A stretch of DNA of 62,323 bases, the filler included, from Aduncisulcus paluster (Eukaryota), in the NCBI GenBank assembly GCA_024181965.1. It is 4 parts of 4 records of this genome, joined end to end, with 100 filler letters (N's around TTAATTAATTAA, not from the genome) between each part and the next. Parts side by side here need not be neighbours in the genome. Positions count along the whole stretch, not along the records: positions 11,258 to 20,686 come from BQXS01009961.1; positions 20,787 to 32,108 come from BQXS01009962.1; 2 more parts are not named here. The stretch is one strand, 5' to 3'. Of this stretch, positions 11,441 through 23,369 are shown piece by piece (position 1 is the stretch's first letter; every line of letters begins with the position of its first letter). A program made the position numbers and the translations under genes. The notes beneath the pieces were generated by a model that saw only the letters and a program-made list of their open reading frames with translations, did not search any database and had not been told where the DNA came from.

Positions 11441-11670
11441 TTAATAAAATTATGAATACTATTAATAATTATTGATATAATTACGGTGTTTTCAAAATTG
11501 TCTTAATCTTGTCAACCAATATGGACTCCATCAACATTCTGATGTCAAAATCTTTATTACAGGCAAGCCAATAATATTTAGTTAAATATTTCTTATATAT
11601 TACTCATTCATTATTTTAATTTCTGTATTTATATTATATATTTATCTTTATTTCCCAAGAAAAAAGGAAT

Positions 11671-11743
11671 TTACGAGTAGCCGGGAAACTTTTACATCCA
11701 GCCGGGACCCGGTTCCCGGCTCATCCGGCCCGGCTACTCGTAA
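11671..11743. repeat. GC-rich nested inverted repeat (possible MITE remnant or structured element)
   Basis: Perfect 15-bp arms TTACGAGTAGCCGGG (11671-11685) / CCCGGCTACTCGTAA (11729-11743) enclose an 8-bp inner pair AGCCGGGA (11700-11707) / TCCCGGCT (11714-11721). Confidence 0.8.
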
Positions 11744-11995
11744 TTGTCTGTCAATGTAAGGACATTGTTTCTAGTTTATTCAGGAAAGAGATATTCTGGG
11801 GCAAGTAAATTAATTGAGGAATTATAACATGATAAATACAAACACCGAATACTCAAGGAATTAATTATGGGGTAAAAAAAAGGAAATTCATACTCAGTAT
11901 TAATATAGTGAATAGGCTATTCATAGTATGCAAAAACCTGTGAAAACAACAAAAAACAGAAATATACAAATTTTTCAAAAATTATAATCCATTGT

Positions 11996-13546
11996 TCATC
12001 TGAACAAAACCTTTGTGATGATATTACCGAGTTTTCCAACATGTTTCTCAAAAATTACATGGAAAAGATAGGAAAGAATGAGAAGGGACAAGAGAAGACC
12101 ACTTCTGGAGATGTTGAACCCAACGGGATGTGATAATGACAACCATTCAACTCCAATATCTTCAATCTTTTCAGCTAACCCATTTCTAATCCACCCATAT
12201 TCGTAGAGAGCGGCTTGAATAAGATAGGTGGAATAGGAAATATTTCCGATAAAACGCATGAGGGAACAGCCACCTATTGATAACAGGGAAGTGGGCATCC
12301 CAAAGGGTTTTAAAATGGGCAAAACGATGAGACCGAACAACAGAACACAACTCGAGATAATACGCCCCCAAAAGATATCGAAAAGCCTCCTTGTTCGACT
12401 GTAAGAGCTATCAAAATCAACAGAGAGGAACTCACGAATGACCAAAGAAAGATGAACGAGACCAAGACACACAATGTCATACAAAATGGAAACCATCTTT
12501 GAAAGGACAGGGGAATGAGACAAATAACTCTTCTGGCTTGCAGTGGAAGAGGATTCACTGGACTGGATCTTCTCAGTGACTTCGTTCAAAACTTGGGGAG
12601 ATGGAATTTCCTTCGGTTGCTCGACACGTACTTCTTCCTCTTCCTTTCTTTCTTCCTCTTCCTTTCTTTCTTCTTTTTCAGCATCAATGATTTCCTTTTC
12701 TTGATGGACAATGGGTTCTGGTGTCTTTTTGTTATTCAAAGCATCTTGTTCATACCTATTCACATGACGGATCAATAAACACCACATAACGACACCAAAG
12801 AAGTATCCAAGGAACTTGATTGGTCCAAACGAATAGGATGCTATATGGACATTGATGTTAACAGTGTCAGAATCGGGGAAAAACATATTTGGGGCACGAT
12901 GTTGGTAATTGAAAACAATTACAGGGATTACAAGGGCTAAAAAGAAAAGGGATGACAAAATGATGCCACGAAGTGAATAAATACCACCAAATCGTTTGGT
13001 AATCTTTTGACAGGACCAAAGAATAGGAGGCAAAAAAATGGCACAAACACAATCCGAGGCAACACTCCATGTTATTCCTGGAGGAACGGTGTAAGAGGAA
13101 ACGAAAGCGGGGAGTAAAGTAAAATTCCACCAAATCGAAAGAGGGAAGATATTTCCCCGGTATTTGAACCCAAGAGAAAGAACCCACATTGTTTGGAGAA
13201 GGGTAGGAATAGTAGGAAGCCATAAACGAAGATAACGTTTAATAACGTATTTTAAATAATTCTTAAAAGAAGGTTTCGTGGATAGGAGAGATTTAGCTGC
13301 AAAAAAGCCAACAAGAGCATGAAAGACTGCCATAAAATACCGAATGTTGGTTTTTTTCATCGATAAAGGAAATACTTGAGCGGTTCTTCCGGTATTATAG
13401 ACTTCAGGTAAGGGAAAATCGCCTGAGGGACAGGCATCGGCCATAGTTTGCATGTGAAGGACTGCTATAGCAATAGAAGCAAGGCCTCGAATACCTTGCA
13501 AATAAGAAAAGACTTTTTGCAACCTTTTTGATGAAGAAAAGCCCAT
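11996..13546 (-). CDS. Acyltransferase-3 family (OafA/Oac/NRF-6-like) multi-pass membrane O-acyltransferase
   Basis: LQGIRGLASIAIAVLH, FHALVGFF, KRYLRLW, TWSVASD and FIGNISYSTYLIQ motifs, with many hydrophobic segments. First ATG at 13546. Confidence 0.85.
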   Translation of the reverse strand: MGFSSSKRLQKVFSYLQGIRGLASIAIAVLHMQTMADACPSGDFPLPEVYNTGRTAQVFPLSMKKTNIRYFMAVFHALVGFFAAKSLLSTKPSFKNYLKYVIKRYLRLWLPTIPTLLQTMWVLSLGFKYRGNIFPLSIWWNFTLLPAFVSSYTVPPGITWSVASDCVCAIFLPPILWSCQKITKRFGGIYSLRGIILSSLFFLALVIPVIVFNYQHRAPNMFFPDSDTVNINVHIASYSFGPIKFLGYFFGVVMWCLLIRHVNRYEQDALNNKKTPEPIVHQEKEIIDAEKEERKEEEERKEEEEVRVEQPKEIPSPQVLNEVTEKIQSSESSSTASQKSYLSHSPVLSKMVSILYDIVCLGLVHLSLVIREFLSVDFDSSYSRTRRLFDIFWGRIISSCVLLFGLIVLPILKPFGMPTSLLSIGGCSLMRFIGNISYSTYLIQAALYEYGWIRNGLAEKIEDIGVEWLSLSHPVGFNISRSGLLLSLLILSYLFHVIFEKHVGKLGNIITKVLFR

Positions 13547-13812
13547 TTTTAGGTTTCTACCCAACAAAGCGGGAAGAATTTTAAAATTTTTAAAGCTGAG
13601 AGGAATCGCACTTTTCTAGAACATAATCAAATAAAAATTTCACCTGCTAAATTGATAATGATTTCTATGTTCCAATATCTGGACACTATATCGAAATTAT
13701 GTTTTCGTCTCAAATAACCCCTTTGTTGAAAACTAAGAATATTATCAATATAATATTTTTGATTTATATTCTTTGTTAAATCGTTTTAACTTCTCTACAA
13801 TATTTTTTTCAA

Positions 13813-16425
13813 ATGAATTTGTTAACACCCAACAAAAATGACCATCAAAACGAGAAGGACACAAGAAAAGAGGAGCATGAGACAATATCTTCACTCAGAG
13901 TCGTTTTTATTTGCCCTGAGAAAGAGGTGAAACTTATTGAAACTGTTAAAAAGGTGTCAGATGTAGTTGTTTATCCTCCTGGAAAAGATTCTTCTCTTCC
14001 AGAGAAGTTTGGAATATACATATTTTATGAATCTGTAATTATCCACAAATATTCAGGTCGTAATGCTGTTGAGCGTTTCTCTGTTGAGTTTCCGCAATTC
14101 TCCAAGAGATTTGAGTTGGCTTTCGCTCAGAAGGACATCAATAACAAAATGAGTTCTTCAAGTGCTTGTAAACATCTTTCTGCTTTTGAAAAGTATAAAT
14201 ATACCGATATTTGCAGATATCTTGATCATGATCAGATAGGAAAAGATGATGTTCATGTTCTTGTTTTCCTGCATTCTTCAAACCCTATTGAATCTCATTT
14301 GTTCTGTTCTTTGAGTAGTGATATTTTTCATGCAAGGAAACCGGCATTGGAATGTTATTTTGTTGATCTCGATACGAACCTGTTTGTGAGTTTCCTATCT
14401 CGACATGTCGATACTTCATGCATTCAAATGGTTCGATATTCCCCAAAGAAAGAGCATTTTAAAATCTCTATTCCAATTGATAGCTTTTCTGAGGAATTTA
14501 CCCTTGATGAGTCCGGTGTGTCAGAATTGAAGGCAACACTTGGAATTGTTGATAGAATTCATCAGGCGGAAGAAGAAAGCGAAGAAGAGAGGCGACAAGA
14601 GAAGGAAAGACTTGAAATGGCAAGAAAAGTCGAGGAAGAGCGTCTGAGACTTATGAAGAAAGAGAAGGAAAAGAAATATCAGGAACGTCAAGAAGAAGCT
14701 CGAGTTGCTATGGAACAGCGGAAAAAAGAAGAATTAGAAAGAATAGAGGCTGAGAAAGCTAAGCAAGTTGAGGAGGAAGAAAAGATAAAGATCCCATCAC
14801 AAAATAATCCATCTGCTTCTGTAAATTCGAGTTTATGCCAATCTGACAAAAATTCTTCAGTTAGCTCTCTCCCTATGAAAGATGCTTCTATGAAAGAATC
14901 TGAGGTCCCCATTGTCATTTCTAAACCCCCTCAAGATATCCTTAAACATCAGACACCACAAACTGTCTTTGAGGAAAAGGTCAACAAAAGTCAAGAGGAG
15001 TCGGTTATATTGGATTCGGATAAACATCATGATACTCTGAAAGACGGCAAATCTGTGGATTTGTCTACAGTGGATCAGTTAAAAATGGTTCGTGAGAAGA
15101 TAAATCAACTTGAACGTCTAATGCAGTCTTCATCCATCATTGGAGAGAGCTCATCAAATTCTTTCCAACTGGCGGATCTTTCGTCCAAATTGAGTGCAAA
15201 AATGGAGAAAGAGCTCTCTTCTGTCCTTTCCAAACACAAGACTATTTCTGAATTACTACGATCCAATGAAGAGAGAAAGACTGTGGAGAGTTCTATTTTA
15301 AGCCGTTGTGAGAAACTAGAAGGTGCTATAAAACATCTCGAGGATGCTTTTGAGGTTGAGAAGAAGCGTGACATGGAAGAGAGTTCGGATTTTAGGCTAC
15401 ACTCCGATCTTACCACAAGTGTTGGGGACAGAGTCTCCATTCTTGAGAAACATGTTCAGATTCTATTGATGCGCTCCGACCCTCTCTTTCCAATATCCTC
15501 TTGTCACCGATTACTTGTCGATTCTGTGTCTCGATCCTCCAAAGTATCGTTGCGCTTTAATTGGAAAACTTTCTCCCATCTTCCGGCCTGTCTTGATTAT
15601 GTGACAGGGTTGTATGTCAAGAAATCATCTTCGGGGGCTAAGTTTGCACCAATTCCTCTCTTATCGTCTAATTCTCACATCGACTTGACATTTTCTTCTG
15701 TCTATCAATCGTCCATCGCCTCTCAGGACTGTCAGAATGATTGTGTAATACCTTGTGCACAGTGGGACATGTCTTTGTCTGGATCTTTGAGCTCTCTCCC
15801 CACTCCAACCGTATCATTCCCTCACATTCCACATGAGGCAGACATGTGCCCATTTGCTCCGATTCCGAGTCATTATTCTTCAATCGGATGTTGGAGTGGG
15901 GCCTCAAAGCGTCGTGGAGATTTTGTTACTATCGTTTTCCCTCGGCCAACTGCTATATGTGCTGTTTTGACAGCTGGACGCCCTTCATATGACCAGTGGG
16001 TACGTGCATTTAGCTTATGGTCTTTTGATGGGAGTTCGATGCAATGGAGCCCTCTCAATAGGGCACATGTGTGTGATCAGACTCCTTGTTCATCCCAAGC
16101 ATCTCCTTCTGGCATTAACAACCCAATTCCTGCCAAGAATAGTCAGCTTTCACCCACACTTCGAACTCCAACATCTCTCTATTCAAAATCAAGAAAGGTT
16201 AGCCGGGCTCAGAGTCCTGCTTTTTGCAAGTCTGTCAAACACCGCAAAAGTGTGTCTCAAAGACAAGTTGTGAGGCATCCGGCAATATTCACTGCTAATT
16301 CTGATCGGAACTCACTTGTTTTGAATGTTTTGACAGAACCAGTTGTGGTGCATAAGATTCGAATTAGAGTTGAAGAATATGAGAATTGGCCATCAATGAG
16401 ATTTGAATTATTTGGATGGTATTAA
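13813..16425 (+). CDS. Coiled-coil protein with C-terminal F5/8 type C (discoidin/FA58C) domain
   Basis: 870-aa ORF. C-terminal CWSG...FVTIVFPRPTAICAVLTAGR..YDQWVRAF...FTANSDRNSLV...PVVVHKIRI...SMRFELFG is the FA58C pattern, interrupted by a low-complexity insert. Confidence 0.78.
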   Translation: MNLLTPNKNDHQNEKDTRKEEHETISSLRVVFICPEKEVKLIETVKKVSDVVVYPPGKDSSLPEKFGIYIFYESVIIHKYSGRNAVERFSVEFPQFSKRFELAFAQKDINNKMSSSSACKHLSAFEKYKYTDICRYLDHDQIGKDDVHVLVFLHSSNPIESHLFCSLSSDIFHARKPALECYFVDLDTNLFVSFLSRHVDTSCIQMVRYSPKKEHFKISIPIDSFSEEFTLDESGVSELKATLGIVDRIHQAEEESEEERRQEKERLEMARKVEEERLRLMKKEKEKKYQERQEEARVAMEQRKKEELERIEAEKAKQVEEEEKIKIPSQNNPSASVNSSLCQSDKNSSVSSLPMKDASMKESEVPIVISKPPQDILKHQTPQTVFEEKVNKSQEESVILDSDKHHDTLKDGKSVDLSTVDQLKMVREKINQLERLMQSSSIIGESSSNSFQLADLSSKLSAKMEKELSSVLSKHKTISELLRSNEERKTVESSILSRCEKLEGAIKHLEDAFEVEKKRDMEESSDFRLHSDLTTSVGDRVSILEKHVQILLMRSDPLFPISSCHRLLVDSVSRSSKVSLRFNWKTFSHLPACLDYVTGLYVKKSSSGAKFAPIPLLSSNSHIDLTFSSVYQSSIASQDCQNDCVIPCAQWDMSLSGSLSSLPTPTVSFPHIPHEADMCPFAPIPSHYSSIGCWSGASKRRGDFVTIVFPRPTAICAVLTAGRPSYDQWVRAFSLWSFDGSSMQWSPLNRAHVCDQTPCSSQASPSGINNPIPAKNSQLSPTLRTPTSLYSKSRKVSRAQSPAFCKSVKHRKSVSQRQVVRHPAIFTANSDRNSLVLNVLTEPVVVHKIRIRVEEYENWPSMRFELFGWY

Positions 16426-16682
16426 TATTTTGGTTTGTTTGTTTTAATTTAACGTTAGAACCTTGTAATTAATGTATAGGACGAAGCACCTTAGCCACAA
16501 TGTGGGCTGTCACATGAAAGTGTTATTTGCATTTAGTTCTTTGTGTTTTATTGTTTAAATAAATTATTTTTGATTGGGCATTGTATTTTTTTATCATGAA
16601 TTGCAAATAATGTTCGGATATGAGGCAACCAAAGATGAAAATTTGAATTTCTTGTCTCATGCCCAATCCATTCAATTAAATC

Positions 16683-19600
16683 ATGAGTGAGACTGAAGAT
16701 GTTCTTGAAATCTTATATGAGACTGAGAATAGTACGCAATTGGTCCCTGAATATTTATGTATTAAAGAATGGAACTATTTTGTTGCTAGAGTAATATCCA
16801 AGGATATATTTAAAAATGACAAACAACTTTCTAAATTTATGGAGTATATTTCTCATTATTCAAGTCTTAGAAGTCCCTTTATTTGTCCTCTTTTGGCTGT
16901 GGAACACTCTGTTGGTGAAGATGATGTTATTCTTCAATTTCAAGATCCTGGATGTTCTTTGGCATTATTTATTTCACGTATTCAAGCTAGATCAAGTTAT
17001 TCCGCCCCTAAAACAACAAAACAGGGCGCTCATTTTTCTCCTTTTTTTTCTCTCTCTGATGAAGATGGATCTGATGAATTTGATTCCATTCAATATCAAT
17101 CTGATCCCTCACAGGGAATTTCTATTCATTCTTCAAATCCTGAATCTCACAATCGTAATCTTTCTATATTTCGCTTTTCCAATTCATTTCGCATGTCTCC
17201 TCTTTCTGCAGCACTTGTTTCCCTTTCTATATTGAGAGCCAGTGTTCATCTTGAACATAAACATTCTTGTTTTGAGGCCACAAATATTTTTTTGTCACTT
17301 GATACAACACAGGAAAAAGAAGTTCTTCATTCTTTCTCCCTCGATCCAAATATTGAACTTTGTCTGGGTGACGAACACATGCAAAGGCGGCAAGACATTA
17401 AAGATAAGGATAATTTTCTCTCTAAACTTCAATCTAAGGAAGACCAATCCCAAATGTACTCTCCTTCCACAAGTGTGTCTCCAGATCCTGTTGACCCAGA
17501 GCCTTCATCTCCTTTTTCTTCTCTAATCCATCATTATTCCTCGGCTCTTACGGGATGGTTCCAACTATTTACTCAACCCTCCACTCCGGATTGGCTTCTT
17601 AATAGTGTTCGAAATTCATGGCGTGTTAATGGGGGAAATGTGTCTATCGTTGGCAGTGGACAGCTCTTCGGGGCTGAATCGGTGCCATGTGTGATTCGTG
17701 TGTGCAAGTGTGGAGTTGCCGGAGTAGGTGGATGTGGTGTTGCAGAGAATATCAGTGTTAATGAGTGTTGGAGCATATGTTCATGTTTGTTTTCTCCTCT
17801 CCGTGGTGTTCACGATGGAATCGGAGAATTATTCGCCAAAAGGGCGCAAGATAGGGCTCGAGTTGACCGTGAAGACATGGAAAAACGGAGGGTGCAAAAA
17901 CTTGAAGAAGAGCGAGAATCGAAACGTATTCTTGAACAGGAAAGAGAACGTGAGATGTCATATTCTGACTCACATCTTGGGCAAGAGGATTCATATGATC
18001 CCTCACCCCTTCATGAATCAACAGTCATTGGAGCTGAATATGTGATAGAGCACAATGGAGGGATTCAAGAAGGCGAATTAAGTGAGATAAGTGTGTCCCG
18101 TGATCATGAAGAAGTGTTGGAAAGAGATGGTGGCATTGACCAAGCTTCTTCTCATCCACCCAAAGCGGAGGAACTTGATTCAACAACATCGGTCATTGGC
18201 AAGCTTAATGAACAAGAAAAGATGAAGTCAAAAGACTCCTTTTCTCCCTCTATTATCCCTTCTTTTCTCTTCTCTAAACAAGACACAACACTCTCTCTCT
18301 TCTTTCTTCTCTCTTTTCTGCTCTACCCTTCTGTTTTCTCACTCGAACTCACCCCTATCGACTTGGTTCCGGGATATATTTTGGTGCAGCAGGCTTTGAA
18401 ACGCAAAAAGGAGGAATTTATGAAGCAAGTACGTAATGTTGTGCGTGGGAAGAGTTCAGGACCTGTTCATCAAGGCACAGATAAGGTTTGTTCTATTTTT
18501 GAAATGAGTGATGATCCTCGTAAGCAAGGGAAAAAGAAGAAAAGATCTACTCCTGAATTGACTCCTACAGATTTATACACTGATACTTCTGTTTTCACAT
18601 CGTTATATTTGTCATGTTTGCATGCATTTCCCCCATTTTGTTCACTTGCAGAGCCCCTTTCTCATCATTTCCCATCTCTGGATGATCTTTCTCAAACTTG
18701 TCTCTTTCCCTCTCTCTCTGCGACTTTTTCAGATCCATCTTCAACCGCCCTCTCTCTTCTCTCATCCCTCTCCTCTCTCTCTCTTTCTCTTTCCACCAAG
18801 CTGTCTCCCCTGTGGATGCTCTCATGGATGACAATGTGGGGTGGTGAGACCTGGAGATTAAGGGTTCTTGATGTCATGGCGATGAAAAAGAGGAACGATA
18901 ACGTAAGGATGAAACAAAGGATGAGAGAGAGGGAGATTCGAAGGGATAAGGAGAGAAGAGCAAGCATTTTGGGGGATGATGGGGTGAGTGGGGTGCGAAG
19001 AAAGAAAGGCATCCTAAAACCTATTGTAGATCATCGAATAGCTTCTCTTTTGTCTATTCCAACTCGACTTGAGGTTGGAACTATTCGCACTGGATCCAGA
19101 CTAGCTTCATCGAGTACAAAGCACATTGATCAAACAAGACAACCTTCTTATACCTCAATTATACTCGATTCTCTCCCAAAACAAACCTTGGTTCTTTCAG
19201 ATTCTCTTGTGGAACTATTTTCTCAAAAAAAATTTCCTCTTCACATGTTTTCAGTTCGCACCTTCTCCTATTCATCATCATTGACAAGACCTATGGTTCT
19301 CAGTTTATTAAGTGCATGGCAACGGATAGCCAGAAACAAAGAGAAGGTCCCTCTTGCTTCACGATGTATGAGAACAATGTCACATGCGTCCTTATCCCGA
19401 AGCCATTCTCGTGCCCCTTCTCAATCCCGTTCTATATCAAGATCACAGTCAATCACTCGTTCCGATGCACCGAGCAAGGATGTTGAGGAAGGATCTTCAT
19501 TTGACGATGCGACAGATGATCGGTTTGTCACCCACGATGGATTTATTGAACGTGTGGATTATCGAGGTAAGAAACACGAAGAGGATGCACATCGAACAAT

Positions 19601-20686
19601 GGATTCCCTTGATGCCATGAAAAGATCGATCGTTGATGATGAAGAGGAAGAAGATCATTTGCTTCAGATCGAGCGGTATCGTCAACATGTTGAAGCTTAT
19701 TTCACATCTCCCCATGGTTCTCCATCGCCTCATAGATTTGCCCATTCCACATATCCATCCTCTGTATCGCTTGCTGCTGATATTGCAATGCTTGAGGAGC
19801 TTTCAAATAGTGACTCCGATCAAATGGGATCTTTGAGAGGAATGGGGGTTGAAAAGTCCAAACATGACAATGGCCTTCATGAAGGATCAACGATTGCAAT
19901 ATCTGATACTGGGTCGGACAATGCATGTGGCATTAGACGATTATTTGCATTTTGTCAATGTTGTAACGGTTCAAAACCCCAAGCAAGGCAAGATTGGACT
20001 ATTTCTCACTCTCTTCCACTTATTTCCACCCTAAATATAGCTCTTTCTCACAAACTTCTTTCGTCCAAGCCTCTTTCGGTTTTGAAGCCCATTATTCGGC
20101 CTGCCTTACAACCAATGAAAATTAAGGGTAAACTTGACATTCCCAAGCTTAGTTTTCTTCTAAACTCGATTTCTTCAATTTCAAAGCTGATGTATATCCT
20201 GGCCCGAATTCCTCCACCGTGCTATCTTACTTCTCTGGACTTCCTACGTTTTCCTCAACCTTTGCTGTTCCTCTCTTCTTCATCTTCACTCTTTTTTTTC
20301 TATGTATCTCTTTTATTCCTTCCCAAGACATCCTTTTCCACCCTGGCATGTTCTCTTGCGGCCGCTATATTTTCTCCTCGCGAATTTGACACGAGCGTAA
20401 CGAATTTATTCTGGAGAGAAGAGATTAGATTTAGAGAGGAACACCGTGATCCTGTTCGTTTGAAAGGAAAAGATATTCTTGGAGTTATTCCAAAGATTCA
20501 ATCGTGTCCGAGCTCTTCTGACAAAGTTTCTCCTTCTTTCCATCCATTATTAGCTTTTTCTCAAGATCTACCTCCAATCTCTGGACTCTCAGTCACTTCA
20601 TCGTCTTCACAGCCCCATGTAACCTTCTCTGCAAAGAAATCTGTGTCTTTAAAGTCTGTTTTCGGTTCAAACACCACAGTTGAGTG
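16683..20686 (+). CDS. Large hypothetical protein, 3'-partial; N-terminus weakly resembles a degenerate protein-kinase N-lobe
   Basis: More than 1330 codons open to the linker gap. The segment FVARVISK..F.N...L..F..YI..YSSLRSPFICPL...VILQFQDPGCSL is spaced like kinase subdomains II-V, but no catalytic motifs are present. Confidence 0.7.
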
Positions 20687-20786
20687 NNNNNNNNNNNNNN
20701 NNNNNNNNNNNNNNNNNNNNNNNNNNNNNNTTAATTAATTAANNNNNNNNNNNNNNNNNNNNNNNNNNNNNNNNNNNNNNNNNNNN
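20687..20786. other. Artificial contig linker N44-TTAATTAATTAA-N44
   Basis: Same 100-nt structure as at 11158. Confidence 0.97.
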
Positions 20787-21447
20787 CAACTAATCGCGTT
20801 TATACAAATCATAATAAATGGATATATGGACATCATGTTGACAACTTAGGGAGTAATGGAAGTTGTAGCGACTATCGGAAGTTCTGGAAGGTTATATACT
20901 AATATCGAGAAATCTCTTCTTGGAAAACACACCCAATGCAATCATTTTACATAGTTATGGTTAGTAGCATAAAACATTCGGACATGGGAGGTCGGGAATG
21001 GGTCCAAAATGAAATGAAATGGATCGACCATTTTTGTTTTTCGATTTTGTCTCCTTTCGTTCTTTCCTGGACACACAAAGACCGTTTATTTTATTGTATG
21101 TCAATTATATCCCGGCCATTTGACCAATCCTCTGTCGTATTCACCATTGAGAACATCAAAACGACCGAGTCATTGGCAATATGGGTCGCCGCGACGTTTC
21201 TTGTATTATCATATCTTTGAACATTATCTTACCATATATTTTCCACCATTTCTTTACCCATTTTCGTCCCCATCAACCTTATTTATTTTGGTTATTTTGG
21301 TTATTTTGGTCGATTCATCGATTCATCAATTTCGTCTGTTTCTTTATTGTTTGTCGTGTTTTCCATGTTTTCTGTGTGATCTTTTTTTAAAAAAAGAATT
21401 TGTAGATCAGCTATTAATATTCCCCCCATCCCTTTTGTCACGCTACA

Positions 21448-21737
21448 ATGAGTTCACCTTCAGAAAGTCCAGATGTATGTGTCCATATTTCCTTCTTATA
21501 GCTTATGATTTTATTATTATTATTATTTTGTACTGACCTCATTTCTGCTTTTGATAATTTCCACTGTATTAGATTGAAATCATTGTCCCAGAGTTCATTA
21601 GTGAGGGAGAACTTGCGTCTATCCCAATTCCTCGAGATGACCCCACTATTGTCAGTCCAGACATCAGAACCACCAAGGGAATCAATACAACAGGAGGTAG
21701 ACGAGGTGATGGATTCGATGTCAGTCCTCGAATTTAA
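21448..21737 (+). CDS. Putative 63-aa microprotein; exons 21448-21474 and 21573-21737, intron 21475-21572 (98 nt)
   Basis: GTATGT donor, TACTGAC branch-like motif (21531-21537) and first downstream AG at 21571-21572. The phase-0 join gives MSSPSESPDIEIIVPEFISEGELASIPIPRDDPTIVSPDIRTTKGINTTGGRRGDGFDVSPRI*. Confidence 0.55.
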
Positions 21738-21974
21738 TTGACTTCTCAATCTCAGAAATGACCAGTGTTGTTTGAAGCATTGTTCATTGATAGAAATGTG
21801 TAAATTCAGTGGCAATATTAGTCTTATGGTTATATAACTTATCTATTTATTAATGTGTTTCAATATCTATTCTATGATTTAAATCAACCAAGATGGTGAA
21901 AGAACCTATAAAAATTCAAACATATTTGAATCAAACGTAAAGATCGAAAATTTAACAAGATAAATTTAACATAT

Positions 21975-23369
21975 TTATTTTATTTTCTCACTTTCACATT
22001 TCCTCTTTGGCATTTCTTCCTGTATTGCCATTTCCCATCCCTCATTCAATGCTTTACCAACTAGAGCTACAGCCTGGTTTGTTGTGATTACTTTGCAACT
22101 TTTAATAGAAATATACTTAAGGAGAGGAAAACTTGCAGTTTCCATGTGAAAAGCCGATGCCTTGTTATGGCAGACCATTTTATATCGATTATGATCAACA
22201 AGTCCGCCTATAATATATATTTCATCTCTCAATTCTGAGGAAAGCAAAGAAAAGGGAAGAAAAGAAGAGCAAGAGGAAGAAGAATCTTTCTTGGTATGCG
22301 ATGTCTTGACAAAGGATTCATGAATAATATCACTATCTGCCGAAAAATAAATAAACTTTGAAGCCTTTTCATAAAGAATAGAAAGAGGAGAAAATAGTAT
22401 GGTCTTATACATTGACGGCGAATGATCTTTATAACCTTGGATAAGTTGTGTTCTAATAATAGATTGTTGTGAGAAAGATGAATCTCCTGATATAGATCCA
22501 GAAGAGATAACATCCTCAGATGCAATTATTTTCCCTTCTTTTTCTATCTTCTTTTTTGTTGATCTTTTTTTCTTTGTTACAGCTTTCTTTTGCATATTAT
22601 CACAGATAGCTTTGACACAAACATCAATTTCATCTGAGGTGTTTCCGAATGATTCCCAGACCCAGTGGCAAGCCCATGAAGAGACTCCAATCTTATCAAG
22701 ACGTCTACAGAGGTTAGGCATGCAATATAACCCAGTTACACACATAGTTACGGGATGGAAATCAGGGATTGGATGAGAAAGTAAGTATTTTTGTGCGAAT
22801 AAACTACATCGATCACATTCGGAAAGAGTTGTCGACTTATCCTCTCCTTTTTTTTCTCCTTCTTCAATAGATGGTTTGAATTGATGTGAAACAGTATTCG
22901 ATACCATGGAATCATCGATCGATTCTTTTTCAGTAGATTCAACTGTTTGATATTTTTCATACCAAGAAACAAATTCCTTCACATATTGATCCAAATTGGA
23001 CTCATTCTGTTTTTTTAGGGATCCATATGCCTGTAATAGTTGAGAAACTAGACTTTTTTCCTCAGTGGGAGTCATCAAACCGGGGAAGGCAACATCAATC
23101 ACAATTGGACGAGCATTAGACATAACTTCACGGCATATATATCTCATTGCAACCCTATAAATAACTGCCAATTTCTTTCTATGACGTCTTTCAGCATATA
23201 ATTTTTCCCTTTCACTCTCTGAAAGCTCAGCTTCCTCAATATCCCTCTGTTTTCTAAATTCAGCTTTGGCCTCACGTTTTTTATCTTTCATGGCTCTTCT
23301 AACTTCTTTCCATGTTTTAGGCTGTTCAATTTTAGGTAATTCAGCAGATGACACAGGAGCTTTTTCCAT
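21975..23369 (-). CDS. TRM10: tRNA m1G9/m1A9 methyltransferase Trm10 (SPOUT)
   Basis: IVID..F..LMT..E.KSL..QL..AYG, IYFSADS, IYIIGGLVDHNRYK, TASFPL, KVITTNQ and W..AI...MPKRK. First ATG at 23369. Confidence 0.9.
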   Translation of the reverse strand: MEKAPVSSAELPKIEQPKTWKEVRRAMKDKKREAKAEFRKQRDIEEAELSESEREKLYAERRHRKKLAVIYRVAMRYICREVMSNARPIVIDVAFPGLMTPTEEKSLVSQLLQAYGSLKKQNESNLDQYVKEFVSWYEKYQTVESTEKESIDDSMVSNTVSHQFKPSIEEGEKKGEDKSTTLSECDRCSLFAQKYLLSHPIPDFHPVTMCVTGLYCMPNLCRRLDKIGVSSWACHWVWESFGNTSDEIDVCVKAICDNMQKKAVTKKKRSTKKKIEKEGKIIASEDVISSGSISGDSSFSQQSIIRTQLIQGYKDHSPSMYKTILFSPLSILYEKASKFIYFSADSDIIHESFVKTSHTKKDSSSSCSSFLPFSLLSSELRDEIYIIGGLVDHNRYKMVCHNKASAFHMETASFPLLKYISIKSCKVITTNQAVALVGKALNEGWEMAIQEEMPKRKCESEKIK

